Shown in pieces: positions 30,980 to 43,300 of a stretch of 64,000 bases of DNA. The stretch comes from the human T2T-CHM13v2.0 reference genome, Homo sapiens. The stretch lies in NCBI RefSeq assembly GCF_009914755.1, contig NC_060933.1; one strand, written 5' to 3'. Within the stretch, counting starts at the first letter, position 1. Every line of letters begins with the position of its first letter. The notes beneath the pieces were generated by a model. The model was not told the origin of the DNA. It was given only the letters and a program-made list of their open reading frames with translations, and ran no database searches. The position numbers were made by a program, and so were the translations under genes.

Positions 30980-32820
30980 ATTCCGTTCCATTGCATTCCA
31001 TTACATTCGGATTGATTCTATTCAACTCCCTTACTCTCCATTACATTCCATTCCATTCGGGTTGTTCCATTCCATTCCATTCCATTCCACTCCATTCCAT
31101 TGCACTCGGGTTGATTCCATTCCATTCCATTCCATTCCATTCCATTCCATTCCATTCCATTCCGGATGATTCCATTCCATAGCATTCCGTTCCATTACAT
31201 ACCCCTGCACTCGGGTTGATTCCATTCCATTCCATTCCATTCCATTCGATTCCATTCCATTCCAATTCTTTCCATTCCATTCTATTCCGTACCATTCCAT
31301 TCCATTCCATACAATTCCATTCCATTCCATTCCACTCCGTTCCGTTCCGTTCCGTTCCGTTCCATTCCATTCCATTCCATTCTATTCGGTTTAATTCCAT
31401 TCCATTCCATTCCATTCCATTCTATTCCATTCCATTGCAATCGAGTTGAATCCACTGCATTCCATTCCATTCCATTCCATTCCATTCCATTCCATTCCAT
31501 TCCATTCCATTCCATTCCATTGTACTCTGGTTGATTCCATTCCATTGCATTCCATTCCATTCCATTGCATTCCATTCCATTGTACTCTGGTTGATTCCAT
31601 TCCATTGCATTCCATTCCATTTCATTCCATTCCATTCCATTCCATTCCATTCCGTTCCATTCCATTCCATTACATTCGGATTGATTCTTTTCAACTCCCT
31701 TACTCTCCATTACATTCCATTCCATTCGGGTTGTTCCATTCCATTCCATTCCATTCCACTCCATTCCATTTCACTCGGGTTGATTCCATTCCATTCCATT
31801 TCATTCCATTCCGGATGATTCCATTCCATTGCATTCCGTTCCATTACATTCCCCTGCACTCGGGTTGATTCCATTCCATTCCATTCCATTCCATTCCATT
31901 CCATTCCATTCCATTCCGTTCCATTGCATTCCATTACATTCGGATTGATTCTATTCAACTCCCTTACTCTCCATTACATTCCATTCCATTCGGGTTGTTC
32001 CATTCCATTCCATTCCATTCCACTCCATTCCATTGCACTCGGGTTGATTCCATTCCATTCCATTCCATTCCATTCCATTCCATTCCATTCCATTCCGGAT
32101 GATTCCATTCCATTGCATTCCGTTCCATTACATACCCCTGCACTCGGGTTGATTCCATTCCATTCCATTCCATTCGATTCCATTCCATTCCAATTCTTTC
32201 CATTCCATTCTATTCCGTACCATTCCATTCCATTCCATACAATTCCATTCCATTCCATTCCACTCCGTTCCGTTCCATTCCGTTCCGTTCCATTCCATTC
32301 CATTCCATTCTATTCGGTTTAATTCCATTCCATTCCATTCCATTCTATTCCATTCCATTGCAATCGAGTTGAATCCACTGCATTCCATTCCATTGCATTC
32401 CATTCCATTCCATTCCATTCCATTCCATTCCATTCCATTGTACTCTGGTTGATTCCATTCCATTGCATTCCATTCCATTCCATTGCATTCCATTCCATTG
32501 TACTCTGGTTGATTCCATTCCATTGCATTCCATTCCATTTCATTCCATTCCATTCCATTCCATTCCATTCCGTTCCATTCCATTCCATTACATTCGGATT
32601 GATTCTTTTCAACTCCCTTACTCTCCATTACATTCCATTCCATTCGGGTTGTTCCATTCCATTCCATTCCATTCCACTCCATTCCATTTCACTCGGGTTG
32701 ATTCCATTCCATTCCATTTCATTCCATTCCGGATGATTCCATTCCATTGCATTCCGTTCCATTACATTCCCCTGCACTCGGGTTGATTCCATTCCATTCC
32801 ATTCCATTCCATTCCATTCC
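30980..32820 (+). repeat. ~0.92-0.93 kb tandem duplication with nested 60 bp duplication
   Basis: The private words CATACCCCTG (31198/32131) and GAATCCACTGC (31448/32371) and the doubled TGTACTCTGGTTG occur in both copies. Offsets run 933, 923, 918. Confidence 0.88.
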
Positions 32821-32839
32821 ATTCGATTCCATTCCATTC

Positions 32840-35800
32840 CCCTGCACTCGCGTTGATTCCATTCCATTCCATTCCATTCCATTCCATTCCATTCCATTCT
32901 ATTCCATTCCTTTCCGTTCCATTCCATTCCATTCCATTCCATTCCGTTCCGTTCCATTCCATTCCATTCCATTCTATTCGGGTTAATTCCATTCCATTCC
33001 ATTCGACTGCAATCGAGTTGATTCCATTCCATTCCATTCCATTCCATTCCATTCCATTCCATTCCATTCCATTCCATTACGGATGATTCCATTCCATTGC
33101 ATTCCATTCCATTCCATTCCCTGAACTCGGGTTGATTCCATTCCTTTCCATTGCAATCCATGCCATTCCACTCGTGTTGATTCCTTTCTTTCCTTTCCAT
33201 TCAAGTTGAATCCATTCCATTGCATTCCATTCCATTCGATTCCATTCGATTGCACTCGGGTTGATTCCATTCCATTGCATTCCATTCCATTCCATTCCAT
33301 TCCATTCCGTTCCATTCCATTTCATTACATTCAGATTGATTCTATTCAATTCCCTTACACTCCATTATATTCCAATCCATTCTGGTTGTTTCCATTCCAT
33401 TCCATTCCATTTCACTCCATTCAATTGCACTCGGGTTGATTCCATTCCATTCCATTCCATTCCATTCCATTCCGGATGATTTCATTCCATTGCATTCCAT
33501 TCCATTCCATTCCCCTGCACTCGGGTTGATTCCATTCCATTCCATTACATTACATTCCGTTCCATTACATTCCATTCCATTCGGATTGATTCTATTCAAT
33601 TCCCTTACACTTCATTACATTCCATTCCATTTGGGTAGTTTCCATTCCATTCCATTCCATTCCTCTCTATTCCATTGCACTCGGGTTGATTCCATTCCAT
33701 TCCATTCCTTTCCATTCCATTCCATTCCATTGTACTCGGGTTGATTCCATTCCATTGCATTCCATTCCATTCCATTCCATTCCGTTCCATTCCATTCCAT
33801 TACATTCGGATTGATTCTATTCAACTCCCTTACTCTCCATTGCATTCGATTCCATTCGGGTTGTTCCATTCCATTCCATTCCATTCCACTCCATTCCATT
33901 GCACTCGGGTTTATTCCATTCCATTCCATTCCATTCCGGAAGATTCCATTCCATTGCATTCCATTACATTCCATTCCCCTGCACTCGCGTTGATTCCATT
34001 CCATTCCATTCCATTCCAATCCATTCCATTCCATTCCATTCCATTCCATTCCATTCCTTTCCGTTCCATTCCATTCCATTCCATTCCATTCCATTCCATT
34101 CCATTCCGTTCCGTTCCGTTCCATTCCATTCCATTCAATTCTATTCGGGTTAATTCCATTCCATTCCATTCGATTGCAATCGAGTTGATTCCATTCCATT
34201 CCATTCCATTCCATTCCATTCCATTCCATTCCATTCCTTTCCATTCCATTACGGATGATTCCATTCCATTGCATTCCATTCCATTCCCCTGTACTCGGGT
34301 TGATTCCATTCCATTCCATTCCAATCCATGCCATTCCACTCGTGTTGATTCCATTCTTTCCATTCCATTGAAGTTGAATCCATTCCATTGCATTCCATTC
34401 CATTCGATTCCATTCGATTGCACTCGGGTTGATTCCATTCCATTGCATTCCATTCCATTCCATTTCATTCCATTCCATTCCTTTCCATTCCATTCCATTC
34501 CATTCCATTCCATTCCATTCCATTCCATTCCATTGCAATCGAGTTGATTCCATTCCATTCCTTTCCATTCCATTCCATTGCATTGCATTCCACTCGGGTT
34601 GATTCCATTCCCTTCTTTCCACTCCATTACATTCCCTTCCATTCCACTCGGAATGATTGATTCCATTCCATTCCATTCCATTCCATTTCATTCCATTGCA
34701 ATCCATTCCAATCCATTCCATTCCATTCCATTCCACTCGAGTTGATTTCATTCCATTCCTTTCCATTCCATTCCATTCCTTTCCACTCGAGTTGATTCAA
34801 TTCCATTCCATTCCATTGCATTCCATTCCATGCCATTCCACTCGGGTTGATTCCATTCCATTCCATTCCATTCCATTCCATTGCATTCCATTCCATTCCG
34901 TTCCATTGCATTGCATTCCATTCCATTCCCCTGCACTCGGGTTGATTCCATTCCATTCCATTCCATTTAATTCCATTCCATTCCTTTCCATTCCATTCCA
35001 TTCCAATCCGTTCCATTCCATTCCATTCCATTCCATTGCAATCGACTTGATTCCATTCCATTCCATTCCATTCCATTCCATTCCATTCAATTCCATTCCA
35101 TTCCATTTTGTTCCAATCCATTCTATTCCGAACCATTCCATTCCATTCCATTCCATTCCATTCCATTCCATTCTATTCCATGCCATTCCACTCGGGTTGA
35201 TTCCATTCCTTTCCATTCCATTCGTTTTGAATCCATTCCACTCCATTCCATTCCATTCGAATCCATTCCATTGCACTCGGGTTGATTCCATTCCATTCCA
35301 TTCCATTCGATTCCATTCCATTCCATTCCATTCCGTTCCATTTCATTTCATTACATTCAGATTGATTCTATTCAATTCCCTTACACTCCATTATATTCCA
35401 CTCCATTCTGGTTGTTTCCATTCCATTCCATTCCATTTCACTCCATTCCTTTGCACTCGGTTTGATTCCATTCCATTCCATTCCATTCCATTCCGGATGA
35501 TTCCATTCCATTGCATTCCATTCCATTCCATTCCCCTGCACTCAGGTTGATTCCATTCCATTCCATTCCACTCCATTCGGTTCCGTTCCATTCCATTCTA
35601 TTGCATTCCATTCTATTCGGGTTAATTCCATTTCATTCTAATTCATTCCATTCCATTCCATTCCATTGCAATCGAGTTGATTTCATTCCATTCCATTCCA
35701 TTCCGGATGATTCCATTCCATTGCATTCCATTCCATTCCATTCCCCTGCACTCGTGTTGATTCCATTCCCTTCCATTCCATTCCATTCCGTTCCATTCCA

Positions 35801-38800
35801 TTGCATTCCATTCTATTCCGGCTAATTCCATTCCATTCCATTCCATTCCATTCCATTCCATTCCGTTCCATTCCATTCCATTCCATTGCAATCGAGTTGA
35901 TTCCATTCCATTCCTTTCCATTCCATTAAATTGCCTTGCATTCCACTCGGGTTGATTCCATTCCCTTCTTTCCACTCCATTACATTCCCTTCCATTCCAC
36001 TCGGAATGATTGGTTCCATTCCATTCCATTCCATTTCATTCCATTGCAATCCATTCCAATCCATTCCATTCCATTCCATTCCACTCGAGTTGATTTCATT
36101 CAATTCCTTTCCATTCCATTCCATTCCTTTCCACTCGAGTTGTTTCCATTCCATTCCATTCCATTGCATTCCATTCCATGCCATTCCACTCGGGTTGATT
36201 CCATTCCTTTGCATTCCATTCCATTCCATTCCATTCCATTCCTTTCCATTCCAATTCTTTGCATTCCTTTCTATTCCGTACCATTCCATTCCATTCCATA
36301 CAATTCCATTCCATTCCATTCCACTCCGTTCCGTTCCGTTCCGTTCCGTTCCATTCCATTCCATTCCATTCTATTTGGTTTAATTCCATTCCATTCCATT
36401 CTATTCCATTCCATTGCAATCGAGTTGAATCCATTGCATTCCATTCCATTCCATTCCATTCCATTCCATTCCATTCCATTCAATTCCGGAAGATTCCATT
36501 CCATTGCATTCCATTCCATTCCATTCCATTCCATTCCATTCCATTCCATTGTACTCGGGTTGATTCCATTCGATTCCATTCCATTCCATTCCATTCCATT
36601 CCATTCCATTCCGATCCATTCCATTCCATTACATTCGGATTGATTCTTTTCAACTCCCTTACTCTCCATTACATTCCATTCCATTCGTGTTGTTCCTTTC
36701 AATTCCATTCCATTCCATTCCACTCCATTCCATTGCACTCGGGTTGATTCCATTCCATTCCATTCCATTCCATTCCGGATGATTCCATTCCATTGCATTC
36801 CGTTCCATTACATTCCCCTGCACTCGGGTTGATTCCATTCCATTCCATTCCATTCCATTCGATTCTATTCCGTTCCCCTGCACTCGCGTTGATTCCATTC
36901 CATTCCATTCCATTCCATTCCATTCCATTCCATTCCTTTCCATTCCAGTCCTTTCCATTCCATTCCACTCTGGTTGATTCCATTCTATTTGTTTCCATTC
37001 CATTCCATTCCCTTACATTCCACTCTGGTTGATTCCATTCCTTTCCATTCCACTCGAATACATTCCCTCCTATTCCACTCGGAACGATTCCATTCCATTC
37101 CATTCCATTCCATTCCATTCCATTCCATTCCATTCCATTTCATTCCATTTTGTTCCATTCCATTCTATTCCGTATCATTCCATTCCATTCCATTCCATTC
37201 CATTCCATTCCATTCCATTCCACTCGTGTTGATTCCATTCCTTTCCATTCCATTCGGTTTGAAGGTATTCCATTCCATTCCATTCCATTCCATTCCATTC
37301 CATTCCATTGTACTCGGGTTGATTCCATTCCATTGCATTCCATTCCATTACATTCCATTCCATTCCGTTGCATTCCATTCCATTACATTCGGATTGATTC
37401 TATTCAACTCCCTTACTCTCCATTACATTCCATTCCATTCGGGTTGTTCCATTCCATTCCATTCCATTCCACTCCATTCAATTGCACTCGGGTTGATTCC
37501 ATTCCATTCCATTCCATTCCATTCCATTCCATTCCGGATGATTCCATTCCATTGCATTCCGTTCCATTACATTCCCCTGCACTCGCGTTGATTCCATTCC
37601 ATTCCATTCCATTCAATTCCATTCCATTACAATTCGTTCCATTCCATTCTATTCCGTACCATTCCATTCCATTCCATACCATTCCATTGCATTCCATTCC
37701 ATTCCATTCCGTTCCATTCCGTTCCATTCCATTCCATTCCATTCTATTCGGGTTAATTCCATTCCATTCCATTCCATTCCATTCCATTCCATTCTATTCC
37801 ATTCCATTGCAATCGAGTTGAATCCATTGCATTTCATTCCATTCTATTCCATTCCATTCCATTCCGGAAGATTCCATTCCATTGCATTCCATTCCATTCC
37901 ATTCCCCTGCACTCGCGTTGATTCCATTCCATTCCATTCCATTCCATTCCATTCCGTTCCGTTCCGTTCCATTCCATTCCATTCCATTCCGTTCCGTTCC
38001 GTTCCATTCCATTCCATGCCATTCTATTCGGGTTAATTCCATTCCATTCCATTCGATTGCAATCGAGTTGATTCCATTCCATTCCATTCCATTCCATTCC
38101 ATTCCATTCCATTCCATTCCATTCCTTTCCATTCCATTACGGATGATTCCATTCCATTGCATTCCATTCCATTCCATTCCCCTGTACTCGGGTTGATTCC
38201 ATTCCATTCCATTCGAATCCATGCCATTCCACTCGTGTTGATTCCATTCTTTCCATTCCATTCAAGTTGAATCCATTCCATTGCATTCCATTCCATTCGA
38301 TTCCATTCGATTGCACTCGGGTTGATTCCATTCCATTGCATTCCGTTCCATTCCATTGCATTCCATTCCATTCCATTCCCTTCCATTCCATTCCATTACA
38401 TTCGGATTGATTCTATTCAACTCCCTTACTCTCCATTACATTCCATTCCATTCGGGTTGTTCCATTCCATTCCATTCGGTTTGATTCTATTCAACTCCCT
38501 TACTCTCCATTACATTCCATTCCATTCGGGTTGTTCCATTCCATTCCATTCCATTCCACTCCTTTCCATTGCACTCGGGTTTATTCTATTCCATTCCATT
38601 CCATTCCATTCCATTCCATTCCATTCCATTCCATTCCATTCCGGAATATTCCATTCCATTGCATTCCATTCCATTCCATTCCCCTGCACTCGCGTTGATT
38701 CCATTCCATTCCATTCCATTCCGTTCCATTCCTTTCCATTCCATTACGTTCCGTTCCGTTCCATTCCATTCCATTCCATTCTATTCGGGTTACTTCCATT

Positions 38801-40346
38801 CCATTCCATTCGATTGCAATCGAGTTGATTCCATTCCATTCCATTCCATTCCATTCCTTTCCATTGCATTACTGATGATTCCATTCCATTGCATTCCATT
38901 CCATTCCATTCCCCTGTACTCGGGTTGATTCCATTCCATTCCATTCCATTCCATTCCATTCCGGATGATTCCATTCCATTACATTCCATTCCATTCCGTT
39001 CCCCTGCACTCGGGTTGATTCCATTCCATTCCACTCCATTCCGTTCCATTCCATTCCATTCCATTGTATTCGGGTTAATTCCATTCCATTCCATTCCATT
39101 CCATTCCATTACAATCGAGTTGATTCCATTCCATTCCATTCCATTCCATTCCATTCCATTCCAGTCCTTTCCATTCCATTCCACTCGGGTTGATTCCATT
39201 CTATTAGTTTCCATTCCATTCCATTCCCTTCCATTCCACTCTGGTTGATTCCATTCCTTTCCATTCCACTCGAATACATTCCCTCCTATTCCACTCGGAA
39301 CGATTCCATTCCATTCCATTCCATTCCATTCCATTCCATTCCATTCCATTTCGTTCCATTCCATTCTATTCCGTATCATTCCATTCCATTCCATTCCATT
39401 CCATTCCATTCCATTCCATTCGTGTTGATTCCATTCCATTCCATTCCATTCGTGTTGATTCCATTCCTTTCCATTCCATTCGGTTTGAAGGCATTCCATT
39501 CCATTCCATTCCATTCCATTCCATTCCATTCCATTGTACTCGGGTTGATTCCATTCCATTGCATTCCATTCCATTCCATTCCATTCCATTTCATTCCGTT
39601 GCATTCCATTCCATTCCGGATGATTCCATTCCATTGCATTCCGTTCCATTACATTCCCCTGCACTCTGGTTGATTCAATTCCATTCCATTCCATTCCATT
39701 CCATTCCATTCCATTCCATTCCATTCCAATTCTTTGCATTCCTTTCTATTCCGTACCATTCCATTCCATTCCATACAATTCCATTCCATTCCATTCCACT
39801 CCGTTCCGTTCCGTTCCGTTCCGTTCCATTCCATTCCATTCTATTCGGTTTAATTCCATTCCATTCCATTCTATTCCATTCCATTGCAATCGAGTTGAAT
39901 CCATTGCATTCCATTCCATTCCATTCCATTCCATTCCATTCCATTCAATTCCGGAAGATTCCATTCCATTGCATTCCATTCCATTCCATTCCATTCCATT
40001 CCATTCCATTCCATTGTACTCGGGTTGATTCCATTCCATTCCATTCCATTCCATTCCATTCCATTCCATTCCATTCCGATCCATTCCATTCCATTACATT
40101 CCGATTGATTCTTTTCATCTCCCTTACTCTCCATTACATTCCATTCCATTCGGGTTGTTCCTTTCAATTCCATTCCATTCCATTCCACTCCATTCCATTG
40201 CACTCGTGTTGATTGCATTCCATTCCATTCCATTCCATTCCGGATGATTCCATTCCATTGCATTTCGTTCCATTACATTCCCCTGCACTCGGGTTGATTC
40301 CATTCCATTCCATTCCATTCCATTCCATTCCATTCCATTCCATTCC
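32840..40346 (+). repeat. ~7.5 kb higher-order repeat unit, copy 1
   Basis: Rare words recur downstream in the same order: CCCTGAACTC (~33119), CATTAAATTGCC (~35924), GAAGGTATTCC (37261), CCGGAATATTCC (38641), ACTGATGATT (38871), GAAGGCATTCC (~39487). ORF-track offsets to copy 2 are 7506-7521 (e.g. 34657 vs 42178). Confidence 0.9.
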
Positions 40347-43300
40347 CCTGCACTCGCGTTGATTCCATTCCATTCCATTCCATTCCATTCCATTCCATTC
40401 CATTCCATTCCATTCCATTCTATTCCATTCCTTTCCGTTCCATTCCATTCCATTCCATTCCATTCCATTCCGTTCCATTCCATTCCATTCCATTCTATTC
40501 GGGTTAATTCCATTCCATTCCATTCGACTGCAATCGAGTTGATTCCATTCCATTCCATTCCATTCCATTCCATTCCATTCCATTACGGATGATTCCATTC
40601 CATTGCATTCCGTTCCATTCCATTCCCTGAACTCGGGTTGATTCCATTCCTTTCCATTGCAATCCATGCCATTCCACTCGTGTTGATTCCATTCTTTCCT
40701 TTCCATTCAAGTTGAATCCATTCCATTGCATTCCATTCCATTCGATTCCATTCGATTGCACTCGGGTTGATTCCATTCCATTGCATTCCATTCCATTCCA
40801 TTCCATTCCATTCCATTCCATTCCATTCCGTTCCATTCCATTTCATTACATTCAGATTGATTCTATTCAATTCCCTTACACTCCATTATATTCCAATCCA
40901 TTCTGGTTGTTTCCATTCCATTCCATTCCATTTCACTCCATTCAATTGCACTCGGGTTGATTCCATTCCATTCCATTCCATTCCATTTCATTCCGGGTGA
41001 TTCCATTCCATTGCATTCCATTCCATTCCATTCCCCTGCACTCGGGTTGATTCCATTCCATTCCATTACATTACATTCCGTTCCATTACATTACATTCCA
41101 TTCGGATTGATTCTATTCAATTCCCTTACACTTCATTACATTCCATTCCATTTGGGTAGTTTCCATTCCATTCCATTCCATTCCTCTCTATTCCATTGCA
41201 CTCGGGTTGATTCCATTCCATTCCATTCCTTTCCATTCCATTCCATTCCATTGTACTCGGGTTGATTCCATTCCATTGCATTCCATTCCATTCCATTCCA
41301 TTCCGTTCCATTCCATTCCATTACATTCGGATTGATTCTATTCAACTCCCTTACTCTCCATTGCATTCGATTCCATTCGGGTTGTTCCATTCCATTCCAT
41401 TCCATTCCACTCCATTCCATTGCACTCGGGTTTATTCCATTCCATTCCATTCCATTCCGGAAGATTCCATTCCATTGCATTCCATTACATTCCATTCCCC
41501 TGCACTCGCGTTGATTCCATTCCATTCCATTCCATTCCAATCCATTCCATTCCATTCCATTCCATTCCATTCCATTCCTTTCCGTTCCATTCCATTCCAT
41601 TCCATTCCATTCCATTCCATTCCGTTCCGTTCCGTTCCATTCCATTCCATTCAATTCTATTCGGGTTAATTCCATTCCATTCCATTTGATTGCAATCGAG
41701 TTGATTCCATTCCATTCCATTCCATTCCATTCCATTCCATTCCATTCCATTCCTTTCCATTCCATTACGGATGATTCCATTCCATTGCATTCCATTCCAT
41801 TCCCCTGTACTCGGGTTGATTCCATTCCATTCCATTCCAATCCATGCCATTCCACTCGTGTTGATTCCATTCTTTCCATTCCATTGAAGTTGAATCCATT
41901 CCATTGCATTCCATTCCATTCGATTCCATTCGATTGCACTCGGGTTGATTCCATTCCATTGCATTCCATTCCATTCCATTTCATTCCATTCCATTCCTTT
42001 CCATTCCTTTCCATTCCATTCCATTCCATTCCATTCCATTCCATTCCATTCCATTGCAATCGAGTTGATTCCATTCCATTCCTTTCCATTCCATTCCATT
42101 GCATTGCATTCCACTCGGGTTGATTCCATTCCCTTCTTTCCACTCCATTACATTCCCTTCCATTCCACTCGGAATGATTGATTCCATTCCATTCCATTCC
42201 ATTCCATTTCATTCCATTGCAATCCATTCCAATCCATTCCATTCCATTCCATTCCACTCGAGTTGATTTCATTCCATTCCTTTCCATTCCATTCCATTCC
42301 TTTCCACTCGAGTTGATTCAATTCCATTCCATTCCATTGCATTCCATTCCATGCCATTCCACTCGGGTTGATTCCATTCCATTCCATTCCATTCCATTCC
42401 ATTGCATTCCATTCCAATCCATTCCATTGCATTGCATTCCATTCCATTCCCCTGCACTCGGGTTGATTCCATTCCATTCCATTCCATTTAATTCCATTCC
42501 ATTCCTTTCCATTCCATTCCATTCCAATCCGTTCCATTCCATTCCATTCCATTCCATTGCAATCGACTTGATTCCATTCCATTCCATTCCATTCCATTCC
42601 ATTCCATTCAATTCCATTCCATTCCATTTTGTTCCAATCCATTCTATTCCGAACCATTCCATTCCATTCCATTCCATTCCATTCCATTCCATTCTATTCC
42701 ATGCCATTCCACTCGGGTTGATTCCATTCCTTTCCATTCCATTCGTTTTGAATCCATTCCACTCCATTCCATTCCATTGGAATCCATTCCATTGCACTCG
42801 GGTTGATTCCATTCCATTCCATTCCATTCGATTCCATTCCATTCCATTCCATTCCGTTCCATTCCATTTCATTACATTCAGATTGATTCTATTCAATTCC
42901 CTTACACTCCATTATATTCCACTCCATTCTGGTTGTTTCCATTCCATTCCATTCCATTTCACTCCATTCCTTTGCACTCGGTTTGATTCCATTCCATTCC
43001 ATTCCATTCCATTCCGGATGATTCCATTCCATTGCATTCCATTCCATTCCATTCCCCTGCACTCAGGTTGATTCCATTCCATTCCATTCCACTCCATTCG
43101 GTTCCGTTCCATTCCATTCTATTGCATTCCATTCTATTCGGGTTAATTCCATTTCATTCTAATTCATTCCATTCCATTCCATTCCATTGCAATCGAGTTG
43201 ATTTCATTCCATTCCATTCCATTCCGGATGATTCCATTCCATTGCATTCCATTCCATTCCATTCCCCTGCACTCGTGTTGATTCCATTCCCTTCCATTCC

